Shown one piece after another: positions 39,701 to 52,200 of a stretch of DNA of 64,000 nt. Origin of the DNA: Camelus dromedarius (taxonomy: Eukaryota); assembly GCF_036321535.1 (NCBI RefSeq), contig NC_087436.1:1798001-1862000 (forward strand), written 5' to 3'. The notes under the pieces were generated by a model. It was given only the letters and a program-made list of their open reading frames with translations, was not told the DNA's origin and did no database searches. Every line of letters starts with the position of its first letter. Positions within the stretch are counted from its first letter, which is position 1. The position numbers were made by a program, and so were the translations under genes.

Positions 39701-42700
39701 AAAACCGAGTTGGAGCTAGTACCTCCCCATATATATGTATGGAGTGGAGTTTGCAACTGAAAAGAAATTTTGTGTTCCCAACAAGCTAGGTGAAGGGCGG
39801 CTTTCACACTCAATTATCTCTCAGAACTGAGCATGTGGAGAGTCATTCGTTCATCTAGCACAAAGGGAAAGGGTTGCAGGAGAAACTTTTACTCTGGGTT
39901 CTCAGTCTGTTTCCTAGTGCCGGGTTGAAGTTCCTGCAGTTTTCATTGTAAAACCGAGTTGGGGCTAGTACCTACCCATATATATGTATGGAATGGAGTT
40001 TGCATCTGAAAAGAAACTTTGTGTTCCCAACATGCTATTTGAAGGACGGCTTTCACACACAATTATCTCTCAGAACTGAGCATGTGGAGAGACGTTCGTT
40101 CATCTAGCACAAAGAGAACGGGTTGCAGGAGAAAGTTTTCCTCTGGTTTCTCATTCTGTTTCCTAGTGCCGGTTTGAAGTTCCTGCAGTTTTCACTGTAA
40201 AACCGAGTTTGGGCTAGTACCTCCCCATATATATATATGGAGTGGAGTTTGCAACTGAAAAGAAACTTTGTGTTCCCAACAAGCTAGGTGAAGGACGGCT
40301 TTCACACACACTTATCTCTCAGAACTGAGCATGTGGAGAGACGTACCTTCATCAAGCACAAAGGGAACGGGTTGCAGGAGAAAATTTTACTCTGTTTCTC
40401 AGTGTGTTTCCTAGTGCCGTTTTGAAGTTCCTGCAGTTTTCACTGTAAAACCGATTTGGAGCTAGTACCTCCCCATATATATGTATGGAGTGGAGTTTGC
40501 AACTGAAAAGAAACTTTGTGTTCCCAACAAGCTAAGTGAAGGACGGCTTTCACACACAATTATCTCTGAACTGAGCATGTGGAGAGTCATTCGTTCATCT
40601 AGCACAAACGGAACGGGTTGCAGGAGATACTTTTACTCTGATTTCTCAGTCTGTTTCCTAGTGCCGGTTTGAAGTTCCTGCATTTTTCACTGTAAAACCG
40701 AGTTGGGGCTAGTACCTCCCCATATATATATATGGAGTGGAGTTTGCAACTGAAAAGAAACTTTGTGTTCCCAAAAAGCTAGTTGAAACACGGCTTTCAC
40801 ACACACTTATGTCTCAGAACTGAGCATGTGGAGAGACGTCCGTTCATAAAGCACAAATGGAACGGGTTGCAGGAGAAACTTTTACTCTGTTTCTCAGTCT
40901 GTTTCCTAGTGCCGGTTTGAAGTTCCTGCAGTTTTCACTGTAAAACCGAGATGGAGCTAGGACCTTCCCATATATATGTATGGAGTGGAGTTTGCAACTG
41001 AAAAGAAACTTTGTTTTCCCAACAAGCTAAGTGAAGGACGGCTTTAACACACACTTATCTATCAGAAATGAGCATGTGGAGAGTCGTTCGTTCATCTAGC
41101 ACAAAGGGAACGTGTTGCAGGGGAATCTTTTACTCTGGTTTCTCAGTCTGTTTCCTAGTGCCGGTTTGAAGTTCCTGCAGTTTTCACTGTAAACCCGAGT
41201 TGGAGCTAGTACCTCCCCATATATATGTATGGAGTGGAGTTTGCAACTGAAAAGAAAATTTGTGTTCCCAACAAGCTAGGTGAAGGACGGCTTTCACACA
41301 CAATTATCTCTCAGAACTCAGCATGTGGAGAGACGTTCGTTCATCTAGCACAAAGGGAACGGGTTGCAGGAGAAACTTAAACTCTGTTTCTCAGTTTGTT
41401 TCCTAGTGCCGGTTTGAAATTCCTGCAGTTTTCACTGTAAAACCGAGTTGGAGCTAGTACCTCCCCATATATATGTATGGAGTGGAGTTTGCAACTGAAA
41501 AGAAACTTTGTGTTCCCAAAAAGCCTGGTGAAGGACGGCTTTCACACACACTTATCTCTCAGAACTGAGCATGTGGAGAGACGTTCGTTCACCTAGCAAA
41601 AATGGAACGAGTTGCAGTAGTAACTTTTACTCTGGTTTCTCAGTCTGTTTCCTAGTGCCAGTTTGAAGTTCCTGCAGTTTTCACTGTAAAACCGAGTTGG
41701 AGCTAGTACCTCCCCTTATATATATATGGTTTGGAGTTTGCAACTTAAAAGAAACTTTGTGTTCCCAACAAGCTAGGTGAAGGACCGCTTTCACACACAC
41801 TTATCTCTCAGAACTGAGCATGTGGAGAGACATACCTTCATGAAGCACAAACGGAACTGGTTGCAGGAGATACTTTTACTCTGATTTCTCAGTCTGTTTC
41901 CTAGTGCCGGTTTGAAGTTCCTGCAGTTTTCACTGTAAAACCGAGTTGGGGCTAGTACCTCCCCATATATATATATGGAGTGGAGTTTGCAACTGAAAAG
42001 AAACTTTGTGTTCCCAAAAAGCTAATTGAAGCACGGCTTTCACACACACTTATCTCTCAGAACTGAGCATGTGGAGAGACGTCCGTTCATAAAGCACAAA
42101 GGGAACGGGTTGCAGGAGAAACTTTTACTCTGTTTCTCAGTCTGTTTCCTAGTGCCGTTTTGAAGTTCCTGCAGTTTTCACTGTAAAACCCAGTTGGAGC
42201 TAGGACCTTCCCATATATATGTATGGAGTGGAGTTTGCATCTGAAAAGAACTTTGTGTTCCCAACAAGCTAGGTGAAGGAAGGCTTTCACACACATATAT
42301 CTCTCAGAACTGAGCATGTGGAGAGGCATTCGTTCACCTAGCACAAATGGAACGGTTTGCAGGAGAAACTTTTACTCTGGTTTCTCAGTCTGTTTCCTAG
42401 TGCCGGTATGAAGTTCCTGCATTTTTCACTGTAAAACCGATTTGGGGCTAGTACCACCCCTTATATATATATTGGTGGAGTTTGCAACTGAAAAGAAACT
42501 TGGTGTTCCCAACAAGCTATGTGAAGGACGGCTTTCACACACACATATCTCTCAGAACTGAGCATGTGGATAGACGTTCGTTCATCTAGCACAAAGGGAA
42601 CGGGTTGCAGGAGAAACTTTTATTCTGGTTTCTCATTCTGTTTCCTAGTGCCGGTTTGAAGTTCCTGCAGTTTTCATTGTAAAACCGAGTTGGGGCTAGT

Positions 42701-43390
42701 ACCTCCCCATATATATGTATGGAGTGGAGTTTGAAACTGAAAAGAAACTTTGTGTTCCCAACAAGCTAGGTGAAGTGCGGCTTTCACACACAATTATCTC
42801 TCAGAACTGAGCATGTGGAGAGTCATTCGTTCATCTAGCTCAAAGGGAAAGGGTTGCAGGAGAAACTTTTACTCTGGTTTCTCATTCTGTTTCCTAGTGC
42901 CGGTTTGAAGTTCCTGCAGTTTTCATTGTAAAACCGAGTTGGGGCTAGTACCTACCCATATATATGTATGGAGTGGAGTTTGCAACTGAAAAGAAATTTT
43001 GTGTTCCCAACAAGCTAGTTGAAGGACGGCTTTCACACACACTTATCTCTCAGAAATGAGCATGTGGAGAGACGTTCGTTCATCTAGCACAAAGGGAACG
43101 GGTTGCAGGAGAAACTTTTACTCTGGTTTTTCAGTCTGTTTCCTAGTGCCGGTGTGAAGTTCAAGCAGTTTTCACTGTAAAACCGAGTTGGAGATTGTAC
43201 CTCCCCATATATATGTATGGAGTGGACTTTGCAACTGAAAAGGAACTTTGTGTTCCCAAAAAGCCTGGTGAAGAACGGCTTTCACACACACGTATCTCTC
43301 AGAACTGAGCATGTGGAGAGACGTTCGTTCACCTAGCAAAAATGGAACGAGTTGCAGTAGTAACTTTTACTCTGGTTTCTCAGTCTGTTT
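36790..43390. repeat. Block duplication ~36790-38915 vs ~41510-43390 (19- then 18-monomer offset)
   Basis: ORFs 37617/42087 are offset 4470. Shared markers are aagcctggtg, ccccttatatatatattggtgg, gaagttcaagcag and cgtatctctc. Confidence 0.8.
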
Positions 43391-45500
43391 CCTAGTGCCA
43401 GTTTGAAGTTCCTGCAGTTTTCACTGTAAAACCGAGTTGGAGCTAGTACCTCCCCTTATATATATATGGTTTGGGGTTTGCAACTTAAAAGAAACTTTGT
43501 GTTCCCAACAAGCTAGGTGAAGGACCGCTTTCACACACACTTATCTCTCAGAACTGAGCATGTGGAGAGACGTACCTTCATCAAGCACAAAGGGAACGGG
43601 TTGCAGGAGAAAATTTTACTCTGTTTCTCAGTGTGTTTCCTAGTGCCGTTTTGAAGTTCCTGCAGTTTTCACTGTAAAACCGATTTGGAGCTAGTACCTC
43701 CCCATATATATGTATGGAGTGGAGTTTGCAACTGAAAAGAAACTTTGTGTTCCCAACAAGCTAAGTGAAGGACGGCTTTCACACACACTTATCTATCAGA
43801 AATGAGCATGTGGAGAGTCGTTCATTCATCTAGCACAAAGGGAAAGGGTTGCAGGAGAAACTATTACTCTGGGTTCTCAGTCTGTTTCCTAGTGCCGGGT
43901 TGAAGTTCCTGCAGTTTTCATTGTAAAACCGAGTTGGGGCTAGTACCTACCCATATATATGTATGGAATGGAGTTTGCATGTGAAAAGAAACTTTGTGTT
44001 CCCAACATGCTAGTTGAAGGACGGCTTTCACACACAATTATCTCTCAGAACTGAGCATGTGGAGAGACGTTCGTTCATCTAGCACAAAGAGAACGGGTTG
44101 CAGGAGAAAGTTTTTCTCTGGTTTCTCATTCTGTTTCCTAGTGCCGGTTTGAAGTTCCTGCAGTTTTCACTGTAAAACCGAGTTTGGGCTAGTACCTCCC
44201 CATATATATATATGGAGTGGAGTTTGCAACTGAAAAGAAACTTTGTGTTCCCAACAAGCTAGGTGAAGGACGGCTTTCACACACACTTATCTCTCAGAAC
44301 TGAGCATGTGGAGAGACGTACCTTCATCAAGCACAAATGGAACGGGTTGCAGGAGAAAATTTTACTCTGTTTCTCAGTGTGTTTCCTAGTGCCGTTTTGA
44401 AGTTCCTGCAGTTTTCACTGTAAAACCGATTTGGAGCTAGTACCTCCCCATATATATGTATGGAGTGGAGTTTGCAACTGAAAAGAAACTTTGTGTTCCC
44501 AACAAGCTAAGTGAAGGACGGCTTTCACACACAATTATCTCTGAACTGAGCATGTGGAGAGTCATTCGTTCATCTAGCACAAACGGAACGGGTTGCAGGA
44601 GATACTTTTACTCTGATTTCTCAGTCTGTTTCCTAGTGCCGGTTTGAAGTTCCTGCATTTTTCACTGTAAAACCGAGTTGGGGCTAGTACCTCCCCATAT
44701 ATATATATGGAGTGGAGTTTGCAACTGAAAAGAAACTTTGTGTTCCCAAAAAGCTAGTTGAAGCACGGCTTTCACACACACTTATGTCTCAGAACTGAGC
44801 ATGTGGAGAGACGTTCGTTCATAAAGCACAAAGGGAACGGGTTGCAGGAGAAACTTTTACTCTGTTTCTCAGTCTGTTTCCTAGTGCCGGTTTGAAGTTC
44901 CTGCAGTTTTCACTGTAAAACCGAGTTGGAGCTAGGACCTTCCCATATATATGTATGGAGTGGAGTTTGCAACTGAAAAGAAACTTTGTTTTCCCAACAA
45001 GCTAGGTGAAGGACGGCTTTCACACACACTTATCTATCAGAAATGAGCATGTGGAGAGTCGTTCGTTCATCTAGCACAAAGGGAACGTGTTGCAGGGGAA
45101 TCTTTTACTCTGGTTTCTCAGTCTGTTTCCTAGTGCCGGTTTGAAGTTCCTGCAGTTTTCACTGTAAAACCGAGTTAGAGCTAGTACCTCCCCATATATA
45201 TGTATGGAGTGGAGTTTGCAACTGAAAAGAAACTTTGTGTTCCCAACAAGCTAGATGAAGGACGGCTTTCACACACACTTATCTCTCAGAACTCAGCATG
45301 TGGAGAGACGTTCGTTCATCTAGCACAAAGGGAACGGGTTGCAGGAGAAACTTAAACTCTGTTTCTCAGTTTGTTTCCTAGTGCCGGTTTGAAGTTCCTG
45401 CAGTTTTCACTGTAAAACCGAGTTGGAGCTAGTACCTCCCCATATATATGTATGGAGTGGAGTTTGCAACTGAAAAGAAACTTTGTGTTCCCAAAAAGCT
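39860..45500. repeat. Block duplication ~39860-41520 vs ~43835-45500 (16-monomer offset, 3975 bp)
   Basis: Identical ORFs 40481/44456. Shared markers are caacatgcta, aaagagaacg, cgtgttgcaggggaatc and aaacttaaactc. Confidence 0.8.
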
Positions 45501-48500
45501 AGGTGAAGGACGGCTTTCACACACAATTATCTCTGAACTGAGCATGTGGAGAGTCATTCGTTCATCTAGCACAAACGGAACGAGTTGCAGGAGAAACTTT
45601 TACTCTGATTTCTCAGTCTGTTTCCTAGGGCCGGTTTGAAGTTCCTGCAGTTTTCACTGTAAAACGGAGTTGGGGCTAGGACCTTCCCATATATATGTAT
45701 GGAGTTGAGTTTGCAACTGAAAAGAAACTTTGTGTTCCCAACAAGCTAGGTGAAGGACGGCTTTCATACACATATATCTCTCAGAAATGAGCATGTGGAG
45801 AGTCGTTCGTTCATCTAGCACAAAGGGAACGTGTTGCAGGTGAATCTTTTACTGTGGTTTCTCAGTCTGTTTCCTAGTGCCGGTTTGAAGTTCCTGCAGT
45901 TTTCACTGTAAAACCGAGTTGGAGCTAGTATATCCCCATATATATGTATGGAGTGGAGTTTGCAACTGAAAAGAAACTTTGTGTTCCCAACAAGCTAGGT
46001 GAAGGGCGGCTTTCACACTCAATTATCTCTCAGAACTGAGCATGTGGAGAGTCATTCTTTCATCTAGCACAAAGGGAAACGGTTGCAGGAGAAACTTTTA
46101 CTCTGGGTTCTGAGTATGTTTCCTAGTGCCGGTTTGATGTTCCTGCAGTTTTCATTGTAAAACTGAGTTGGGGCTAGTACCTACCCATATATATGTATGG
46201 AATGGAGTTTGCATCTGAAAAGAAACTTTGTGTTCCCAACAAGCAAGTTGAAGGACTGCTTTCACACACACTTATCTCTCAGAACTGAGCATGAGGATAG
46301 ACGTTCGTTCATCTAGCACAAAGGGAACGGGTTGCAGGAGAAAGTATTTCCCTGGTTTCTCAGTCTGTTTCCCAGTGCCGGTTTGAAGTTCCTGCATTTT
46401 TCACTGTAAAACCGAGTTTGGGCTTGTACCTCCCAATATATATATATGGAGTGGAGTTTGCATCTGGAAAGAAACTTTGTGTTCCCAACAAGCTAGGTGA
46501 AGGACGGCTTTCACACACACTTCTCTCTCAGAACTCAGCATGTGGAGAGACGTTCGTTCATCTAGCACAAAGGGAACGGGTTGCAGGAGAAACTTTAACT
46601 CTGTTTCTCAGTTTGTTTCCTAGGGCCGGTTTGAAGTTCCTGCAGTTTTCACTGTAAAACAGAGTTGGAGATAGTACCTCCCCATATATATGTATGGAGT
46701 GGATTTTGCAACTGAAAAGAAACTTTGTGTTCCCAACAAGCTAGGTGAAGGACGGCTTTCACACACACTTATCTCTCAGAACTGAGTATGAGGAGAGACG
46801 TTCGTTCATCAAGCACAAAGGGAACGGATTGCAGGAGAAACTTTTACTCTGGTTTCTCAGTCTGTTTCCTATTGCCATTTTGAAGTTCTTGCAGTTTTCA
46901 CTGTAATACCGAGTTGGAAATAGTACCTCCCCATAAATATGTGTGGAGTGGAATTTGCAACTGAAAAGAAACTTTGTGTTCCCAAAAAGCTAGGTGAAGG
47001 ACGGCTTTCACACACAAATATCTTTCAGAACTTAGCATGTGGAGAGTCGTTCGTTCATCTAGCACAAATGGAACGGGTTTCAGAAGAAACATTTACTCTG
47101 GTTTCTCAGTGTGTTTCCTATTGCCATTTTGAAGTTCTTGCAGTTTTCACTGTAATACCGAGTTGGAGCTAGGACCTTCCCATATATATGTATGGAGAGG
47201 AGTTTGCAACTGAAAAGAAACTTTGTGTTCCCAACAAGCTAGGTGAAGGACGGCTTTCACACACACTTATCTCTCAGAAATGAGCATGTAGAGAGCCGTT
47301 CGTTCATCTAGCACAAAGGGAACGGGTTGCAGGAGAAACTTAAACTCTGTTTCTCAGTTTGTTTCCTAGTGCCGGTTTGAAGTTCCTGCAGTTTTCACTG
47401 TAAAACCGAGTTGGAGCTTGTACCTCCCCATATATATGTATGGAGTGGAGTTTGCAACTGATAAGAAACTTTGTGTTCCCAAAAAGCTAGGTGAAGGACG
47501 GCTTTCACACACAATTATCTCTGAACTGAGCATGTGGAGAGTCATTCGTTCATCTAGCACAAACGGAACGAGTTGCAGGAGAAACTTTTACTCTGATTTC
47601 TCAGTCTGTTTCCTAGGGCCGGTTTGAAGTTCCTGCAGTTTTCACTGTAAAACGGAGTTGGGGCTAGGACCTTCCCATATATATGTATGGAGTTGAGTTT
47701 GCAACTGAAAAGAAACTTTGTGTTCCCAACAAGCTAGGTGAAGGACGGCTTTCATACACATATATCTCTCAGAAATGAGCATGTGGAGAGTCGTTCGTTC
47801 ATCTAGCACAAAGGGAACGTGTTGCAGGTGAATCTTTTACTGTGGTTTCTCAGTCTGTTTCCTAGTGCCGGTTTGAAGTTCCTGCAGTTTTCACTGTAAA
47901 ACCGAGTTGGAGCTAGTATATCCCCATATATATGTATGGAGTGGAGTTTGCAACTGAAAAGAAACTTTGTGTTCCCAACAAGCTAGGTCAAGGGCGGCTT
48001 TCACACTCAATTATCTCTCAGAACTGAGCATGTGCAGAGTCATTCTTTCATCTAGCACAAAGGGAAACGGTTGCAGGAGAAACTTTTACTCTGGGTTCTG
48101 AGTATGTTTCCTAGTGCCGGTTTGAAGTTCCTGCAGTTTTCATTGTAAAACCGAGTTGGGGCTAGTACCTACCCATATATATGTATGGAATGGAGTTTGC
48201 ATCTGAAAAGAAACTTTGTGTTCCCAACAAGCAAGTTGAAGGACTGCTTTCACACACACTTATCTCTCAGAACTGAGCATGAGGAGAGACGTTCGTTCAT
48301 CTAGCACAAAGGGAACGGGTTGCAGGAGAAAGTTTTTCCCTGGTTTCTCAGTCTGTTTCCCAGTGCCGGTTTGAAGTTCCTGCATTTTTCACTGTAAAAC
48401 CGAGTTTGGGCTTGTACCTCCCAATATATATATATGGAGTGGAGTTTGCATCTGGAAAGAAACTTTGTGTTCCCAACAAGCTAGGTGAAGGACGGCTTTC

Positions 48501-49223
48501 ACACACACTTCTCTCTCAGAACTCAGCATGTGGAGAGACGTTCGTTCATCTAGCACAAAGGGAACGGGTTGCAGGAGAAACTTTAACTCTGTTTCTCAGT
48601 TTGTTTCCTAGTGCCGGTTTGAAGTTCCTGCAGTTTTCACTGTAAAACAGAGTTGGAGCTAGTACCTCCCCATATATATGTATGGAGTGGAGTTTGCAAC
48701 TGAAAAGTAACTTTGTGTTCCCAACAAGCTAGGTGAAGGACGGCTTTCACACACACTTATCTCTCAGAACTGAGCATGAGGAGAGACGTTCGTTCATCAA
48801 GCACAAAGGGAACGGATTGCAGGAGAAACTTTTACTCTGGTTTCTCAGTCTGTTTCCTAGTGCCATTTTGAAGTTCTTGCAGTTTTCACTGTAATACCGA
48901 GTTGGAAATAGTACCTCCCCATAAATATGTGTGGAGTGGAATTTGCAACTGAAAAGAAACTTTGTGTTCCCAACAAGCTAGGTGAAGGACGGCTTTCACA
49001 CACAAATATCTTTCAGAACTTAGCATGTGGAGAGACGTTCGTTCATCTAGCACAAAGGGAACGGGTTTCAGGAGAAACATTTACTCTGGTTTCTCAGTGT
49101 GTTTCCTATTGCCATTTTGAAGTTCTTGCAGTTTTCACTGTAATACCGAGTTGGAGCTAGGACCTTCCCATATATATGTATGGAGTGGAGTTTGCAACTG
49201 AAAAGAAACTTTGTGTTCCCAAC
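45310..49223. repeat. Tandem duplication of an 8-monomer (1988 bp) unit
   Basis: ORF pairs 46418/48406, 46898/48886 and 46939/48927 are offset 1988. Shared markers are cctagggccgg, aaacggagttgggg and ctgggttctgagtatg. Confidence 0.88.
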
Positions 49224-52200
49224 TAGCTAGGTGAAGTTCGGCTTTCAGACACAATTATCTCTCGGAACTGAGCGTGTGGAGAGAAGTTCGTTCACCTAGC
49301 AAAAATGGAAAGAGTTGCAGGAGTAACTTTTACTCTTGTTTCTCAGTCTGTTTCCAAGTGCCATTTTGAAGTTCTTGCAGTTTTCACTGTAATACCGAGT
49401 TGGAGCTAGTACCTCCCTATAAATATGTGTGGAGTGGAATTTGCAACTGAAAAGAAACTTTGTGTTCCCAACAAGCCAAGTGAAGGACGGCTTTCACACA
49501 CAATTAACTCTCAGAAATGAGCATGTGGAGAGACGTTCGTTCATCCAGCACAAAGGGAAAGGGTTGCAGGAGAAACTTTTACTCTGGGTTCTCAGACTGT
49601 TTCCTAGTGCCGGTTTGAAGTTCCTGCAGTTTTCATTGTAAAACCGAGTTGGGGCTAGTACCTACCCATATATATGTATGGAATGGAGTTTGCAATGAAA
49701 AGAAACTTTGTGTTCCCAACAAGCTATTTGAAGGACGGCCTTCACACACACTTATCTCTCAGAACTGAGCATGTGGAGAGACTTTCGTTCATCTAGCACA
49801 AATGGAACGGGTTGCAGGAGAAAGTTTTTCTCTTTTCTCAGTCTGTTTCCTAGTGCCGGGTTGAAGTTCCTGCAGTTTTCACTGTAAAACAGATTTTGGG
49901 CTAGTACCTCCCCATATATATATATGGAGTGGAGTTTGCAACTGAAAAGAAACTTTGTGTTCCCAACAAGCTAGGTAAAGGACGGCTTTCACACACACTT
50001 ATCTCTCAGAACTCAGCTTGTGGAGAGACTTTCGTTCATAAAGCACAAATGGAACGGGTTGCAGGAGAAATTTTACCTCTGTTTCTCAGTCTGTTTCCTA
50101 GTGCCTGTATGAATTTCCTGCAATTTTCACTGTAAAACCGAGTTGGAGCTAGAACCTCCCCATATATATGTATGGAATGCAGTTTGCAAATGAAAAGAAA
50201 CTTTGTGTTCCCAACAAGCTAGGTGAAGGACGGCTTTCACACACACTTATCTCTCAGAAATGAGCATGTGGAGAGACGTTCGTTCATCTAGCACAAAGGG
50301 AACGGGTTGCAGGAGAAAGTTTTATTCTGGTTTCTCAGTCTGTTTCCTAGTGCTGTTTATAAGTTCCTGCAGTTTACCCTGTAAAACCGAGTTGGAGCTA
50401 GTACATCCCCATATATATGTATGGAAAGAGTTTGCAACTGAAAAGAATCTTTGTGTTCCCAAAAGCTAGGTGAAGGACGGCTTTCACACACAATTATCTC
50501 TCAGAACTTAGCATGTGGAGAGACGTTCGTTCACCTAGGAAAAAGGAACGAGTTGCAGGGGAAACATTTACTCTGGTTTCTCAGTATGTTTCCTAGTGCC
50601 ATTTTGAAGTTCTTGCAGTTTTCACTGTAATACCGAGTTGTAGCTAGTACACCCCATATATATGTATGGAGTGGAGTTTCCAACTGAAAAGAAACTTTGT
50701 GTTCCCAACAAGCAAGTTGAAGGACGGGTTTCACACACACATATCCCTCAGAACTGAGCATGTGGAGAGACGTTCGTTCATCTAGCACAAAGGGAACTTG
50801 TTGCAGAAGAAACTATTTCTCTGTATTCTCAGACTGTTTCCTAGTGCCGGTTTGATGTTCCTGCTGTTTTCACTGTAAAACCGAGTTGGGGCTAGTACCT
50901 ACCCATATATATGTATGGAGTGGAGTTTGCATCTGAAAACAAACATTGTGTTCCCAACAAGCTAGGTGTAGGACGGCTTTCACACACACTTATCTCTCAG
51001 AACTGAGCATGTGGAGAGACGTTCGTTCATCTAGCACAAAGGGAACGGGTTGTAGGAGAAAATTTTACTCTGGATTCTCAGTCTGTTTCCTAGTGCCGGT
51101 TTGAATTTCCTGCAGTTTTCACTGTAAAACCGAGTTGGGGCTAGTACCTACCCATATATATGTATGGAGTGGAGTTTGCATCTTAAAAGAAACTTTGTGT
51201 TCCCAACACGCTAGGTGAAGGACGGCTTTCACACAGATTTATCTCTCAGAACTGAGCATGTGGAGAGACGTTCGTTCATCTAGCACAAATGGAACGGGTT
51301 GCAGGAGAAACTGTTACTCTGGTTTCTCAGTCTGTTTCGTAGTGCCGGTTTGAAGTTCCTGCAGTTTTCACTGAAAAAACGAGTTGGGGCTAGTACCTCC
51401 CCATATATATGTATGGAGTGGAGTTTGCTACTGAAAAGAAACTTTGTGTTCCCAACAAGCTATGTGAAGGACGGCTTTCACACACAATTATCTCTCAGGA
51501 CTGAGCATGTGGAGAGAATTTCGTTCATCTAGCACAAAGGGAACGGGTAGCAGGAGAAACTTTTACTCTGGTTTCTCAGTCTGTTTCCTAGTGCCGGTTT
51601 GAAGTTCCTGCAGTTTTCACTGTAAAACCGAGTTGGAGCTAGTACCTCCTCATATATATGTATATAGTGGAGTTTGCAACTGAAAAGAAAGTTTGTGTTC
51701 CCAACAAGCTAGGTGAAGGACGGCTTTCACACACACTTATCTCTCAGAACTGAGCATGTGGAGAGACGTTCGTTCATAAATCACAAATGGAACGGGGTGC
51801 AGGTGAAACTCTTACTCTGTTTCTCAGTCTGTTTCCTAGTGCCCGTTTGAAGTTCCTGCAGTTTTCACTGTAAAACCGAGTTGGGGCTAGTACCTCCCCA
51901 TATATATATATGGAGTGGAGTTTGGAACTGAAAAGAAACTTTGTGTTCCCAACAAACTAGGTGAAGGACGGCTTTCACACACCCTTATCTCTCAGAAATG
52001 AGCATGTGGAGAGACGTTCGTTCATCTAGCACAAAGGGAACGGGTTTCAGGGGAAACTTTTACTCTGGTTTCTCAGTCTGTTTTCTAGTGCCGGTTTGAA
52101 GTTCCTGCAGTTTTCACTGTAAAACCGAGTTGGAGCTAGTACCTCCCCATATATATGTATGGAGTGGATTTTGCAATTGAAAAGAAACTTTGTGTTCCCA

